From the human T2T-CHM13v2.0 reference genome, Homo sapiens, in assembly GCF_009914755.1 (NCBI RefSeq), contig NC_060927.1: a DNA stretch of 64,000 bases. One strand, written 5' to 3'. Positions 39,466 through 53,900 of the stretch are shown here, one piece after another. The position numbers were made by a program, and so were the translations under genes. Each line of letters starts with the position of its first letter. Position 1 is the first letter of the stretch. The notes under the pieces are model-generated. The model was not told the DNA's origin and searched no databases. It was given only the letters and a program-made list of their open reading frames with translations.

Positions 39466-40001
39466 TGTGACAGAAAAAACAACTAAACCTCAGATTAGTC
39501 CCCTAAGGACTAAACTCTGCACAACTCCTTGTTCCAAATTCCTTCCCACGGGGCCTGGAGACCATCAGTCTTGCAAAACAGGTCATTTTGGCCCAGTATA
39601 TTGTATGTGCTCTCCCAACCCAACTCTGGCACAGCATCACATAATAATTAGCAGACTTCTTATTTTAACTAACATATGTTAAAATCAAACTTAAACATTC
39701 TTTTCTACTGACTCCAAGTTTTCTAGACAGAGTCTCTATTCCACCTGTAATCTGTAAGACCCTGCTTCAAGATATCTTGCCTTTTTCAGCCAAGCTAATG
39801 TATAACCTCCATGTATTGATTTATGACTTTGCCTATAACTTCTGCTTTCTTAACATTTATACAACAGAATTGTAGTCTGACTGGCTTAAGAGCACATTCT
39901 CAGGACTTTTGGGTTTGTGTTTTCTCTGGGCCACAGTCACTTCTATTCACTCAGAATAAACCTCTGAAATATTTTACAAAGTTTGTTTTTTTAAATCTAC
40001 A
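39466..40001 (+). mobile_element. ERV1 solo LTR, MER39-like
   Basis: TG...CA termini; ATGTATAACCTCCATGTATTGATTTATGACTTTGCC and poly(A) signal in CAGAATAAACCTCTGAAATATTTTACA, as in MER4-group LTRs. Confidence 0.7.
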
Positions 40002-42284
40002 CCCCTATTGTGTCATTGTTTGGGAAATTATTTTCTAATAAAAACATGGTTAAAAGTATAATAGAGAACTGTTATAAAGACATTCCACCAATTTGATTGT
40101 ACTGGTGATAAAATGATTCCTACACCAGTACAAATTACGTCTTGCAAAACATTTTTAGTTATAGTTTTACTTCATGATGTACTTATTATAGTTGCTATTT
40201 TTATTTTTAAATAATTTCAATGTAGATAGGAAATGACAAAAAAGATCTTCTTTTGATTTCAATATTTCAGGTAAACTCAAGAGTCAAATTAGTGAAAAAT
40301 GTATCAGTGACATTATCTCCCAGAGGCAATTCACTCACAAACCAGTATCAATGGCCAATCAGGTAAATCATGCCTCTGTTTTTCTGTCCCAAGGAGACAA
40401 TATGGGAGCTAACAGTTACTATTAGCAGGAATAGCATAAAAGAGACATGCTTTGGGGTTATCAGAAGGAAACACGTTCTCCTTTCTCTCCCGGGAGAGCA
40501 GAAAGTATGAGTGTCAAAAAATGAACATCTCTTCTCTTCTGCTGCTGCCTGGATATTTATGGGTGTGAGACTGTAAAAGTTTGGACAGGCAGTAAATACT
40601 CTGTCCCGCTTGAGCTCTGTTTTTTTCAAGAAACAGTAATTTAACATTTTAGGAAAGAATATGTCAGAGCATGAGAAAAGAAGAAAAGCAGACTGATTTT
40701 GAGGAAAATGAGATAGATGCATTCTTTGCACTTCAACGTATTCTATGAAGTGAAACTACATCTGTTTCTAAACAGTCCCTCAAACCACAAAGCAGTTGAA
40801 GGTCAGAAGAATGAAAATAGCAACCGAATAGATAGTAGACACATCTAAAAATTGGACTTTCAGAAGGCTCTAAACAAAGTCAAAAGACAGCTATATAAAA
40901 GATAATTTCATATTCCTTATATAAACTACATTGTGTGCTATTCTGAAGTAGGACAGTTAGTTCAGTTAACTAAAAAGTACTATGACTATCATAAAAGCCA
41001 AGTATAGATCAAATATTCTCATGAATATAATATATGGTCAACCCAAATAATGAAATCAACACGGTTTATCCTTTTTAGTTGGTTCCAAAGACATTTTAAA
41101 ACCTTGCATTTCTTCTAAACTATACTGATTAATATTTTATTGCATTGATGAAAGTACATCAAGATTTCTATTTTCAGAATATTAAATTTCTATTTGCAGA
41201 ATATTTCAGAATATTAAATGAAACATTAATATTTAAGCATGTATGTTGCCTCTTATCCTAAAAAAACAAATACAGCATTTAGTTTAAGAATCCCATTTTA
41301 CAGCTGTAAAACCAAGATGCAGAGATGGTCAATGCTTTCCTCATTCTCCTAACACCGAGATCTAAATGCTCCTATGTCATATTGCCTAGCACAGCATTCC
41401 CTCTGTGTGAGAATAGTACATGGTTGGGCATACTGGATGCTATGCTAAGAAAAGAATAAAGACTATGGATATAAAAACATGTCTATACCTCTAAAAGTTA
41501 TAAGTATATAATTTCAAACTTTGGTTGCTTGTCATTAGCATCCCTTCTCCAATGCCACAGTTTGCCCTCTTATTAGCCAAAGGTTTCCCCTCTCCTGAGC
41601 CTCATGACCTCAGGGTTTTCTTCTTATATGACAGGGTAGGTAACGGCCTGTGAGTTTTCAATGTTACATTTGTAACTGAAGAAACTGACCACCAAAGGTT
41701 TAAACAATAAAGACATTTATTTATCCCACAGAGCAAGAAGGTGCCTTTTAGATATCAAAGTAGAAATGTCAAATAGGCATCTGGATTTTTCAGAAGGGAT
41801 CAGGGCTGGAGATATGGGATGGAGTGAGATGAGATTTCATAGATAGAGTGAGTAGAGGAGAAAAGGAGAGGGTATACATTGTATCCTGGTATATATTGTA
41901 CTCTCCCCATTATTTCCCTTCTCTCTTCTTGATCTCTAAGTATTGACAGTGGCTAGGACTCACTGGCTAGCTCCCAGTGTAAAATGGAGATAATACTTAG
42001 AATCAAGAAAAGAGATGGGAACTAACTGGGAGAGTACAGTGTGTACCAGGAAAACCAGCAGAAGTGATGTCTTAGAAGATATTTCAAGAAAGGAGTAGTC
42101 TACTTTGTCAACTGGTATTGGAATGTCAAGAAAGCAGTGCGGTAGTACAATATCTGTCCTTTCTTTTAAAATCCTTTAAACTTAATGGGTTACTTTGAAT
42201 ATTGGCAATTTTAATGACCCTAGCTCTTGATTAACAGAAAAATGTTGAGGTAGTGATGAGTTTCAGATCCCATCCCCTAAATGA

Positions 42285-42313
42285 TAGATTAGATTAGATT
42301 AGATGACATAGAC

Positions 42314-42362
<49 letters not shown>
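42285..42362 (+). repeat. (TAGAT)4 plus (GATA)12 microsatellite
   Basis: Read directly from the sequence; pure GATA run at 42315-42362. Confidence 0.97.
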
Positions 42363-42363
<1 letters not shown>

Positions 42364-42769
42364 AAGCAAAATCTGTCAGTACATATGTCAGGTAGAAATT
42401 TTTCTTACTTAGCAGCATGCAGTAAAAGATAGTGAGAGATTTCTGGACTAAATTAGAAGAACAAATTGAAGAAATAAATATGAGGAGGGAGAAAAGAGCA
42501 AAGGCATCCGGAGAAACCTTTTTCTTTGGACTTTCTAGATGCAAATTACCTGGGCTGCTACATGTTAAGTACTGTGCCGGTTTTGTTACAAGTTCAAGCT
42601 ATATTTCATTAAAACAAATTTTGGTACATCCTCCAAGACCCAAGGATGCTAATAATAACTAGGTTCTTAAACATTTCTCCAACTCAAGATCTGTTATCAC
42701 AATCTCTGTGGAATGAGAAGAGAATTTGAAATGTACTAAGCATGTAAACATGTGCTACCCTCCAGTTAT

Positions 42770-42950
42770 TATATACTTTCACATACATTGCCTCAATTAA
42801 TCTGGAAAGAGCTTTGGGAAGGGGATATCACCAAACCCTTTTAGAGGTAAAAATAAACTGTGTTTCAAAGAGGCTAAGTAGTTTGTCTGAGGCCACACAA
42901 CTAGTAAGTACCAAGGCTAAGGTTGAAACGTAGATTTGATTCTAACTGCA
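42770..42950 (-). mobile_element. MIR relic
   Basis: AGAGGCTAAGTAGTTTGTCTGAGGCCACACAACTAGTAAGT. Confidence 0.6.
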
Positions 42951-43434
42951 AGACCTTCCTGCATCCAGGGGAAAGGGGAGCCTAGAATGTGTATTTGATC
43001 TTCTCAGCGTGCTTCACAATTTAAGGATGTGTGCAGCAGAGCATACCAGGGGCCCCTTAGGTGTTCAGGAGGGTGTAGGGTCTATTTAGAGGTGAGGGTG
43101 CTCACAGGCAAGAGATCTTAACTGATGACTCATGGAGATCGATGTGGGGCTTCAGTAGAGAGCCAAAGAAAACAAGTACAGATAAGACTTCCCAAATACA
43201 CTGGAATCATGGGTCTGGAGGGAAGAGGGTATAGGAGGGTAAATAATTTTTCCTGTCTTCAACCCTTTGGTGTCTATAGATTTTACTTCTTCTCTAACTC
43301 ATCCTACAGCTTCAGGAATTTCCCAAAGAACTTGTGGACTTGAATGTGTGAGCCAGGTTTGGGGGCAGTGAGTCTGTGGTTTTGGAAGCTTCATAAATCT
43401 CAAAACAACACCTTAATGTGACAACATATATGCG

Positions 43435-43934
43435 TTTAAAAAGAAAATAAAATTTCAGTACCTTCCAAATGTATTATGCCAAAGGGAAAAGTTAAGCCCT
43501 GAAAGCTGACTCAGGTAATGTGACTGCTTTTCTTCTCTGGTGGCTGGTCATTGCTTTCTAACCTTGGTGTTGACTTGTTATACCTTAACCACAGTCCCCA
43601 TTCTTTATTCAAATCTCAACCAAATGATGTGGAGATAGAGATCCCTGTGACTGTTACCTCTTTCAATATAATGTTAAACAAGCCCCTTAGAGTATAATTA
43701 ATAGTAGCCAATCAAATCTTGTAACTGTATGTTAGCCTTTCTATGAAAATGTAATTCTGTTCAGCACCTCCATTTTGCCTATATATATGATCCTCATTTT
43801 TCTCCACACTGGGAGCACTAATCCCCATTTTTTAGTGTAGGTCTGCTCCCCAGACAGCTGCTTTCACACTTTTCACACTTGGATAAAGTCTCTTTAAATT
43901 AGATTCTAACCCTTTTGATTGTTTTAGGTTGACA
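43435..43934 (+). mobile_element. ERV1 (MER4-group) solo LTR
   Basis: ~500 bp with CCAAT (GCCAATCA), TATA-like CCTATATATA and a MER4-group-like end TCTCTTTAAATTAGATTCT...TTTTAGGTTGACA; exact family uncertain. Confidence 0.7.
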
Positions 43935-43963
43935 TATTCAACCTTTAAGAATATATACATAGA

Positions 43964-44362
<399 letters not shown>

Positions 44363-44374
44363 CACACATATGTA

Positions 44375-44644
44375 TTTTAATGGATTGAATTGTGTTCCCT
44401 CAAAATTTATGTTGAAATCTTAACCCCCATTACCTCTAGAATATGAACTTATTTGCAAATAGAGTAATTGCAGATATAATTAGTAGGATGAGGTCATTAG
44501 GGTAAGTTCTAATGCGTCATGACTGGTATTCTCATAAAAAGGGAAAATTTGAACACAGAGACACACATACACACAGAAAAATTCCATGTGAATGTAAAGG
44601 CTGAAATGCTTCTGCAGGCTAAGGAATACCAAATATTGCCAGCA
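44375..44644 (+). mobile_element. MLT1B/C LTR 5' half
   Basis: ATGGATTGAATTGTGTTCCCTCAAAATTTATGTTGAAATCTTAACCCCC...TTGCAGATATAATTAG...GATGAGGTCATTAGGGT...AAGGAATACCAAATATTGCCAGCA. Confidence 0.82.
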
Positions 44645-44710
44645 TATGTGTGTGTATGTAGACAAATATATATATTTGACATATATATTATATATATATA
44701 TACACACACT
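44645..44710. repeat. Imperfect (TA)n/(TG)n simple repeat
   Basis: Read directly from the sequence. Confidence 0.8.
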
Positions 44711-46219
44711 GTATACTGTATTTTTTCTGATCAGTTTCTATTGGGAAGTTCCAGCTTGTCAGAAAAACCATCTCACCCTATAGCCTGGTTATTATGACTT
44801 TTCAAGAATTCTCATGAGTATGTGTTTATTCAACTTTTTGTCAGCTTCCCAGATCAAAATGAAATGGTAAGCAAATATAATATAAATTTGAAGCCACTTT
44901 TTATTATTTTTATTATTTTGGCTTATGTATTATATTATAGCTGAGTGATAAAAGCCAGAGTGATAGGAAAGGGGTTGTGTGTGACTCAGAGAGGACACGC
45001 CAGTTTTCTCGCTGATCAGGTCAATTCTTCATGAAGAATAATGTGCTCAGTGTGAGCAGGCACTTATCACTTTCATCAAGAGTAAGACTGGCTTCCCAGC
45101 TTCCCCCTGGGTGATGGAAATGATAAACAATCTTCTACAGGGCAGGCTGTTTATTACACACAGGCACATTCACAAAACACTTGGTCAACTATCTTGGAAC
45201 AACATAATTGGACCAGCTGTCCATTCTAGTCTTCAAAAGTTTTCTGACACAGGAGGGCATTCTGTTGGCAAAGTCACAAGTGATGTCATTCACACCATAG
45301 TCTCAACATTCAGCATCTGATTGGAGGACTTCTGGTGAATGTGATTCTTTCTTACTGTTTCTCAGATTCTCAGAAAAGTATTATAAATCATATTATTTTA
45401 GAACTGGAAGTTTTAATCTCTTTAGGGGCCCATACATAGACTTCAGATGGATATCTGTACCTTCACAGACATGCACACTATTTGGCTTTATGCTGTTTTT
45501 TTCCTTTTGCTGATAGTCATCACAGATGACATGCCAAGGATGTATTTTTGTGAACACCACACCTTAAAAGCACCAGATATCCCAAGTGTGTGTACAATGT
45601 ACTATCTTAGGCAAGAAAACCACTCCGTGTTGTAAAAATACTGTAGCACATACAGGTGGCTGGATCACACAGTCAATGTCCAGCTCTGTTGACCAAAAAC
45701 AGTAGTCACTGAATTCATTAAGAATCTGAAGTCCGTTAGAAGTTCGGATAAATGGAACTTTATTTATGTCTGTATTTAAGAACTTCTGTGTCTGACAGAA
45801 AATAGACATGATTGTAAGCTATTGTCATTAATGAGATGCCCATGAGTCAATGTCTTGTCAGAATTCATCTCGGTTTTACACTGGGAGCTAGATTTAAAAT
45901 AGTGTAGCTATCTATACATTGATTAGATTTATCAAAACTGTAAGTATTCCTTGAAAAAATATGGCAAAAACACTTTGCAGAAATTTTCTTATCGTATAAA
46001 TAACAGACCCTGAGATACAGAGTCAGACATTATTTATTATTGTTATTTGATTTTATTTTTCTGAAGTTGCAATGGAAAGGACGGGACTATAAATCTCTCA
46101 GGATGGAGTTAGATCTTATCTAAGTTGGGAGAACAGAACTGAGCTAGATTTTGGTACTATCCAGCCTAATGCTTCTTTGAATAATTTTATTTTGACCATT
46201 TTTTCAGTTAGCTATATCT

Positions 46220-47130
46220 TTATGAACATTAAAAAATGGCATTTTGAAACATTAATACAATTAGACACAAATGAAAATTGAGAAAAATATTAGCTTCCTG
46301 AACAGTAGCAAGAGCATTAGTATCCCAAATCTAGATAAACCCCTAAAAATAAATATAAAAAATATCACCAGCATTAACAAGGCCAATAAGATAGGCAGTT
46401 TAAAGAATGTACACAATTGAATGATAATTATAGGACAAAACTTCTTTAATAAAGAAGTTTTAAAAACTCAGGTATTATTTTTATATATAAAATTTGGAGG
46501 TTAAAAGTTATAATACTAAGTGCTGCAGAAGGTTTGAAGAAGTGACACTGTCATAAATGAGGTTGATAAAAAAGTGGCACTATTTGTTTGAATGGCAATC
46601 TGGCAACAAATCACAAAAGCTTTAAAATGTGCATACGTCTTGAGCAAGATATTACATTTAGAAGAAGGTAACTAAACAAATCTTTAGGAACTTTGTGAAA
46701 AGGATATCTAGTAGTATAATATTTATAGTCACAAATGCTTAAAAATCTTTTCAATCTTCAAAAAAAGGGATTATTTAGTTGTGATACTATGATACTATCA
46801 AATAGTGGAATATTAGGCCACTTTTAAAGATATAAATGTGGAATAACTCTCATAATATAGACAGTTTTTGCTATGTTGCCAAGAAATAGAAAATAGATTA
46901 CATACCATAAAATTGTGATCACATTTTTGCACACATTCATCTATCTATGTATCTACAAAAATGGAAAAAAAAAATCTAAAAGTAATACATTAAATGTTAA
47001 CAGTGGTTATTTGAAGATAGTGGAAATGTGAGTTTTTTGAGTTCAATTTTGCTTCTGTTTCTTCTACATTTTTTATAACGACCATGCATTATTTGTAAAA
47101 TGGGCAAAGATAAATAAAAATATTTCACAT
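46220..47130 (+). mobile_element. Ancient L1M (L1ME-like) 3' region
   Basis: A-rich degenerate ORF2 end/3'UTR (GGCAATCTGGCAAC...TTAAAATGTGCATAC; AATGTTAACAGTGGTTAT; CATGCATTATTTGTAA). Confidence 0.6.
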
Positions 47131-48829
47131 ATTTTTCTTCATTCTTTGAGCATTGGCAAACTAATTAAGAATGTCTGCATACTACCATGTAAGTGGGTTC
47201 ATGTTGAAGAGAAAAATATTGAAGCACTTTCTCTTCCTCAGCTTCACAGAAAAGTAGAGTTTTGACCGTTCATACAAAGTAGAATAAACAAGTAAAATTT
47301 CAAGAATCTTGGTAATATAAACATTAAACAAAACATAACGAGTGGATTGGAAATAAGAATGGGTCCAATCTGTTAAAGTAAGATTTTTCAAGTGCCTGTG
47401 AATGCTGATTTAATCCAGGCAACGTATACCTGGATAGTTTCATCAAAGAGAGAAGTGTTTTATGGAAAATGATCCTTTCAGATTAGATTTTTCTTGTACC
47501 TATCACCTTATCCATTGTTACATGGCCAGTTGAAACTTTATATGAAGTAACTAAGCACAGAATTACTCCTGTAGCTAAAAAGCAGAGAGAGCAAGAATTT
47601 TACTTAACCATAGCAACATGAGAGAAACCTTTCTTTTCCTTCCCATAAATTTAAAACCTTCTGCAGATTTTGTGACATTGGCATTAGTTGATGCTTAAAT
47701 CGTCCTGTGCAGACTTTAGCTGAAGTCATTAGCAATGTTTTCTCCCTAGCAGCCATAAAGCTTTGAAGAGGTAGAAAGTCTTTGATCAGTAAGAACTTTG
47801 CCAAGTATGATTTTAAAGGATATTGAATACTCCAGTTGTTCAAAGCAAGGTTATTTAGAGTAACCTTAATTCATTGTGCGAGATTTTCAGAGTATGCCCC
47901 AAGGGGATATGCTGCAAACAGGTGTCCCAAGAAAGGTTTCTCTTTCTGGTTTAACCCTGGTCTGGTATCTTGAAACCAGATTTGGAATATGGATTGCCAA
48001 AGAGTCCTGATGTTCTCAAACTTGAGTTTTGGAAACAAATGATGGATTAAGTCTTTGTAAAAGACAGATATGGGAAATGTGAATGTGTGGCAATAATTTG
48101 CTCAACTTTTAATCTGTTCTTTTTCTAAGGACAGATAAAATCCTCACTTAGAAATTTCTATGAAACATCTATTAGATGTTAGTTTTTTTTTCTATTTATT
48201 CCCTATGCCATTAAATATTCAGCAAAAGTAATTGGATAAAACCATGATTATATTCAAATGATAAATATTTTAGCAGCCAACATTTGCTATAGTCTTATCT
48301 TTGTTTTAGAAAATGGAAAGGCAATAAAAATCACCCATTAACCTTTTGTCCAGAGATGATTACTTTTAAAATTTTTATACAGTCTAATCAATGTATATTT
48401 ATATACCTATAATAACATTTTTATAAATTGGGATCAAGTTTTACATACTGCTTTAAACCAGAATTCTTACTTTCCAATCAATAAGCTATGAATATTTAAA
48501 ACATGTCCTGAAGTATTATTTGACAGAAAAAATGTCTATATAGTATTTCTTAATTTATTCAAATCCTGTAGTCTACAGATATGTGAAGAATCAGTGATCT
48601 AAGTGTCTAAATACAGCCTAGATACAGTGATTAGTAAGATGTAGTCTCTGATCTCAGTCAGTTCATATTCTGTCAGTGAGAGGGCCAGAGAGGGGTAAAC
48701 AGAAATAAAGATACCTAGTATAAGACATAGCAGGAAGAGAGAAATCTAGGCCATATTCATGGAATACTGAGGCACAAAATGGAAGCATGGATTTGGAGGA
48801 TCAGAAGGAGGGTATTTTAATGGTCAACA

Positions 48830-48970
48830 TGATGATAGAATGCTTCTTACCCCATGGAGTTGTGGTCAAGTTCAAATGCCTTAAAATCTATAAACTGCCT
48901 AGAATAGTGCCTGGCATGTACAAAATGCGCGATAAGGTTACAGTATTGTTATTGTTGCACTGTTGTTGAT
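48830..48970 (+). mobile_element. MIR 3' part
   Basis: CATGGAGTTGTGGTCAAGTTCAAATG...TAAACTGCCTAGAATAGTGCCTGGCATGTA. Confidence 0.65.
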
Positions 48971-50319
48971 AGTATAATTACATGGCAACTTAAAGAAAAT
49001 GCTGACTGTGATGCCATCTGCTCAAATCCTTTTCCCATCTCAACCCCAAAATTCAATAGGCCATGCAGTTTGTATAGCAAGTGGGCCTCAAGACTCAGCC
49101 ACTCTGTCCAGTAAAGTCAAGAAGTCAAGCTGTCTGCCATCTATTAGGTCTCAATTAACATTTCCTCTATAATTTCCAGTTGCCTGAAATGATCCAAGAA
49201 GCCATAAACTTGATGAGAGTATTTAATTACTTCAATAAAATTGGCCCGTGGTCCTCTGTGCTAGTTTAATAACTACATTTCCATGCCTTTGGAATCACTT
49301 ACAATATGCGTTTTAAACCAGTGACATTTATTTTCTTTTATTATTGTTCCCATTCTGTTAATATGTGTTTATCTTATTTCAGTCTCTGTGGCCCTGAAAT
49401 AAGTACTTATTAATCAGGAGTCACTTAAAGACGGATGTGCCTTTTTCTGCATTAAGGAAACTGAAAGAACAGCAAGCAGCCAAATACACATAGGTTTCTC
49501 TCCTCTTAATTAAAAGCTGGTTTGTACATATAATTCCTTTCTTGGCATATTATGTGGAAGTATTAAAATTAGATGCAACTAGGATGGAGTAATTATAGGC
49601 ACAACTACAGCTTCATAAGGGTTTCATTTTAGGGACTTTACTCAGCTGCAGATGACAAGTTAATATACTGTGACTAGTTATTCACTAACTGACTCCTGCA
49701 AATTTATGGAACTAAACCTCCACATGCAGAAACTGCAGTCTTTCCTCCTGACTTGGGATGTCAAGGGACCCAAACAATCACTACCTTAGAAAACATCTTC
49801 AGGTCTGTGCCTTGACTGGCTTTCCACCTTGCTGAAGTCCTTGATGTGTATCCTGAAGATGTGTTAATACATGACGCAGTGTAAATTCTGAACTGCAGTA
49901 CATGATGGAGTTAGAGGTTAGGGGAAAGAGGCTTCCTGAAGCTGCAGAAAGTATCCCTATAAGCACAAAAATGTAAGAAACACTGCTAGAAGATCTTCTA
50001 ATGTAAGTGGACCTGATCTCTAGGTGAGACATTGTTTGACAGTAAAAACCCTCACTATCTGAGGGGACACAGTATAGGAATTCTTTGCCATAAGGCCCCC
50101 AAGCCCAATATTCCCATTCTCTTAACTAATCTTTTTATAGGGCAACTCAAAAGGTGGAAGGCATCTTTGGGGACAAATATATTGGGTGTTTGGTGGGGAC
50201 TCTAGGAACTAGATCCTACACCAGTATTAGTGATTTCTATGAACCCCTTAAGCCCTGCCTGCTGCATCTTTGGGCATCTTGTTTCTTTTGCTGGAATTAA
50301 GCAATTGGGGTGGTACTGA

Positions 50320-50681
<362 letters not shown>

Positions 50682-52735
50682 TGAATATTTGTATGGTTAC
50701 AACTTAGTGTAAGGAAGAGTAGATACCTTCTGCTCCAACCTTCCATTATATAGGAGAGATCCAGGGAGGAGAAGCCACCTGCTCCAGGATGTATAATGTT
50801 AGTACCTAAAATGGACAATAAATTTAGTTTTTCTTGTCTCTGGTCCAGTATTTTATCCATTGCATTAGACTGACTATAAACCAAAGAAAATTTCTCAATG
50901 TAGACTCCCCTGAAAATGGCTCTTTTCTCTTCCAAATAACTTTCTTTACAGTAAAGACTCTTCCTTATGAAACAGGAAATAAAAAAACTTGGGGGAAAAT
51001 GGGACATATAAAGTGGAGTACCAGGATTCTTTTTAGGAGAAAAAGAAGCACATTTTATTGGTGATCAACCAAGGTAATGAGCCTCTCTGAAGAGAGATGG
51101 TGTTCAGGACCAGACCTCTTAATGGGGCCAGTGAATAATGTAGGATGGTGCTGCCTTGGCTTAAAAAAAATAAAATGTAAAAGACTTCATTGTGTTCATA
51201 CTAATAGGAATTAGATGCCCCATGACCAAATCCAAAAGTAAGCAAAGGCTTGGTAGAATTTTTTCTCTATCAGTAAGGAGTCAATGACTGTGCTCCATTC
51301 TTGGCTGAGGCACATGGCAAAAATTCCAACCATCATACTTTTGTCATGGCTTAAAAATTGGTTGTCTTCAAAGATAATTCGAGAAATTCAATAGAATTCA
51401 ATGTCAGCACATAAATAAATCAGTTTTAGTGAGCTCCACAAACAGGAAATACTTGGCATGTATAATTTACATGAAAGAATCTGTGCTGCTACATTCTATG
51501 GAGTCTGATTTATTGTCTAGATCTTACACCTGTTTAATTATTATATTTATTTCTCAAATTTGGAGAGTTGTGGTATGGTGGTGGGTCCAATTAAATAGCA
51601 TATCTACCTGAAAAATTTGGCCAACATAGATTTGGAACCACGAACATTAAAATAGCAGGAAGTGGCTTTCTATAAAATTCAGAGTCATCGCAACAAATTT
51701 TCCGCTCCTATCTTATCAAATCTCAGGCACCTGCCCATGAAATTGGCAGCAGAAAGATTTTTGTACTGCCAGTTACAGGTTTCTCATCATCTTGCCAACT
51801 TGCTTTGTCTCCACAACCTGGCAAAATATAGCTATTGGCAGGAAAGTGAATATTTGAAAATGATTACAGTATGTGGATTTTTTTTTTGTTCCATAGTGTT
51901 TAATGAAGTAATTTAAGCACTATTTTAGCACTAAGAATAGATCTGCTTTCTACATTATAATATGCAGCATTCTCTGTAATTTGAGCCCTCTGGTCACCAG
52001 TTTCTCAAATAAAGAAATAGAATGGGGTCTTTAATGAACATTATCCCTAACAAAGATAATTTAGCAAAATATTAATGACCTCTGTATTTTGTAATTCCTT
52101 GGCCATAATCTTCTTTTTAGTTAAGCAGAGGCATTCTATTACCTGCTGCTGTAGTTGGAGGCAGAGAGCAGAGAGGTAGGGTGGTTATATCAGGAGTACA
52201 AAGAGAAAAAAAAAAGAGTTAATCTTGAGCTTCTGAAAGAAAGAGTTAATCTTTATTTGGACCAAAGTATGATCCTTCAGAAAGACAATTGTCCTTAAAG
52301 CTAGACTTTCTTTAGGAAAAGAAGAATATTCGAAATATCTCAAGCTTTTCCAGAACCAGGTCTTCCATAAAGTGTAAAGAAGATACCCTGCCTTCCTATG
52401 GCAGCTGTGGTAGTTAACATGTTGTCTAGGGTAACAGAATATTGCATATAGGAGATGTGACAGACAAATCCACTTATTCTGTTTCCAAAGGAATGTGAAG
52501 AGATGAAAGGATGTAAGGTTGTAGAGTACAGGGTGGGAAATATGAGAAACCCTGAGAGGGACTGGTGTTAGATAAGGGAAATAGAAAAGATGGGGATTTT
52601 TTAAAAAATTCCCTTTGGGAGATCCAGAAGATAATAATTTCATAGACTCTCATCAACTATATCAGGCCATATCAAGGTAAAATTGGAAGTACCAAAGTTT
52701 CAGCTTTCCTGAGCTTGGCTTTATTCTCCTATGAC

Positions 52736-52910
52736 CAGTGGTCATCAGAAGGTGACAGCAGCAGCAGCAGCATCAGTACCAGGTTCACCTGAGAACATGC
52801 TAAAAATGCAGATTCTTAGACTTCACACCAGACCTAGTGGGCGTCCAGCAATCTGTGTTTCAACAAGAATTCCAGAGGTTTCTGATGCACCCTAAAGTTA
52901 AAGACTACTG
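52736..52910 (+). mobile_element. MER5A hAT-Charlie MITE
   Basis: CAGTGGT...CAGCAGCATCAG...CACCTGAGAAC...AAATGCAGATTCT...CCAGCAATCTGTGTTTCAACAAG...TCTGATGCAC...CTACTG. Confidence 0.85.
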
Positions 52911-53748
52911 CCCCGTGACCTGAATTTAGATTTGAAAATTTCCACAGGTCTCCAGAGGCAGATACCAAGGAGGCTGAGTGGAGTCACGTAGCCCTGCCTT
53001 GTGGCTTACTGAGGTGAGAGGAAAGGGGGCCTGCAGGTTGGAACATCTAGGCTAAGAACTGATGCAGAATGCACGAATATTCAGAGGCATTTCTAATACC
53101 AATTAGAACAAAAGACAGGCTGATATCATCAGGACATACTACTGAACCTTGAGCCAGCTGGGAGAGATCAACCTGTCAGTGTTAGATATAGCTGGCAATA
53201 GGTTATACATCAAGCAATCTACCAGACAAGGGGCATCTTCTCAGAGAGATACCTGAGAAAGCAGACGACATGCAGCAATCCCAGAAATGTTCCACTCCCA
53301 ACCATGAAGTCCCACTAGTGACACCTGTCCCACCTCACTCCCAGACACCCAAATGCCATCTAGGAAAAGGGCAATGCAAGGGGAAGAATGGTCAAAGAAG
53401 AGGCCTGATAAAGGGTTCAACGTCGAAAGACCGAATGTCTATACTAAAAGGAAACAATTGAACCAGAACAACTTGGAACTTCATTAATTGGCAAGTCTGA
53501 GTTGTTCCCATTCCTCACAGGGGTAATGAGGCTTCTAAGGAAGTTCAGAGCAGTATTAGAGAATAAACTATGTATCAGAAAGCAAAGAGAATAAATGATG
53601 TGTTGGAAAGCAAAATGCGTACATGAATCTGTAACTTTTGCAACTTGTAGGGCAATGCTTACATTTTTGCTACCCAGAATGCTCTCTAGGAAGCAAAATA
53701 TGTCATTAGAGAAATGATAGAATGAAATAATTTTAAGTGACTAACTAT

Positions 53749-53900
53749 GCTCTGTGGCAAGTGCCTGTTGTCCTAGCTACTCAGGAGGCTGAATTGCTGG
53801 AGGCCAGCCTGGGCCTCCCTTTTTTTTTATTTTTTTTATTTATTGAGACTCTGTCCCTAAAAAATAAAAACCATTAAAAAATAATTTAAAAATAATAAAG
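53749..53900 (+). mobile_element. Degenerate Alu-monomer (FLAM/FRAM-like) relic with internal T-rich insert
   Basis: GTGCCTGTTGTCCTAGCTACTCAGGAGGCTGA...GAGGCCAGCCTGGGC [T-rich] GAGACTCTGTCCCTAAAAAATAAAAA. Confidence 0.65.

Noticed and set aside
52930-53645. Unique GC-richer block as an exon or processed pseudogene
   Set aside because: No sustained ORF or poly(A)+TSD; it loosely resembles an ancient LTR (LTR78-like), but I cannot support a firm call.
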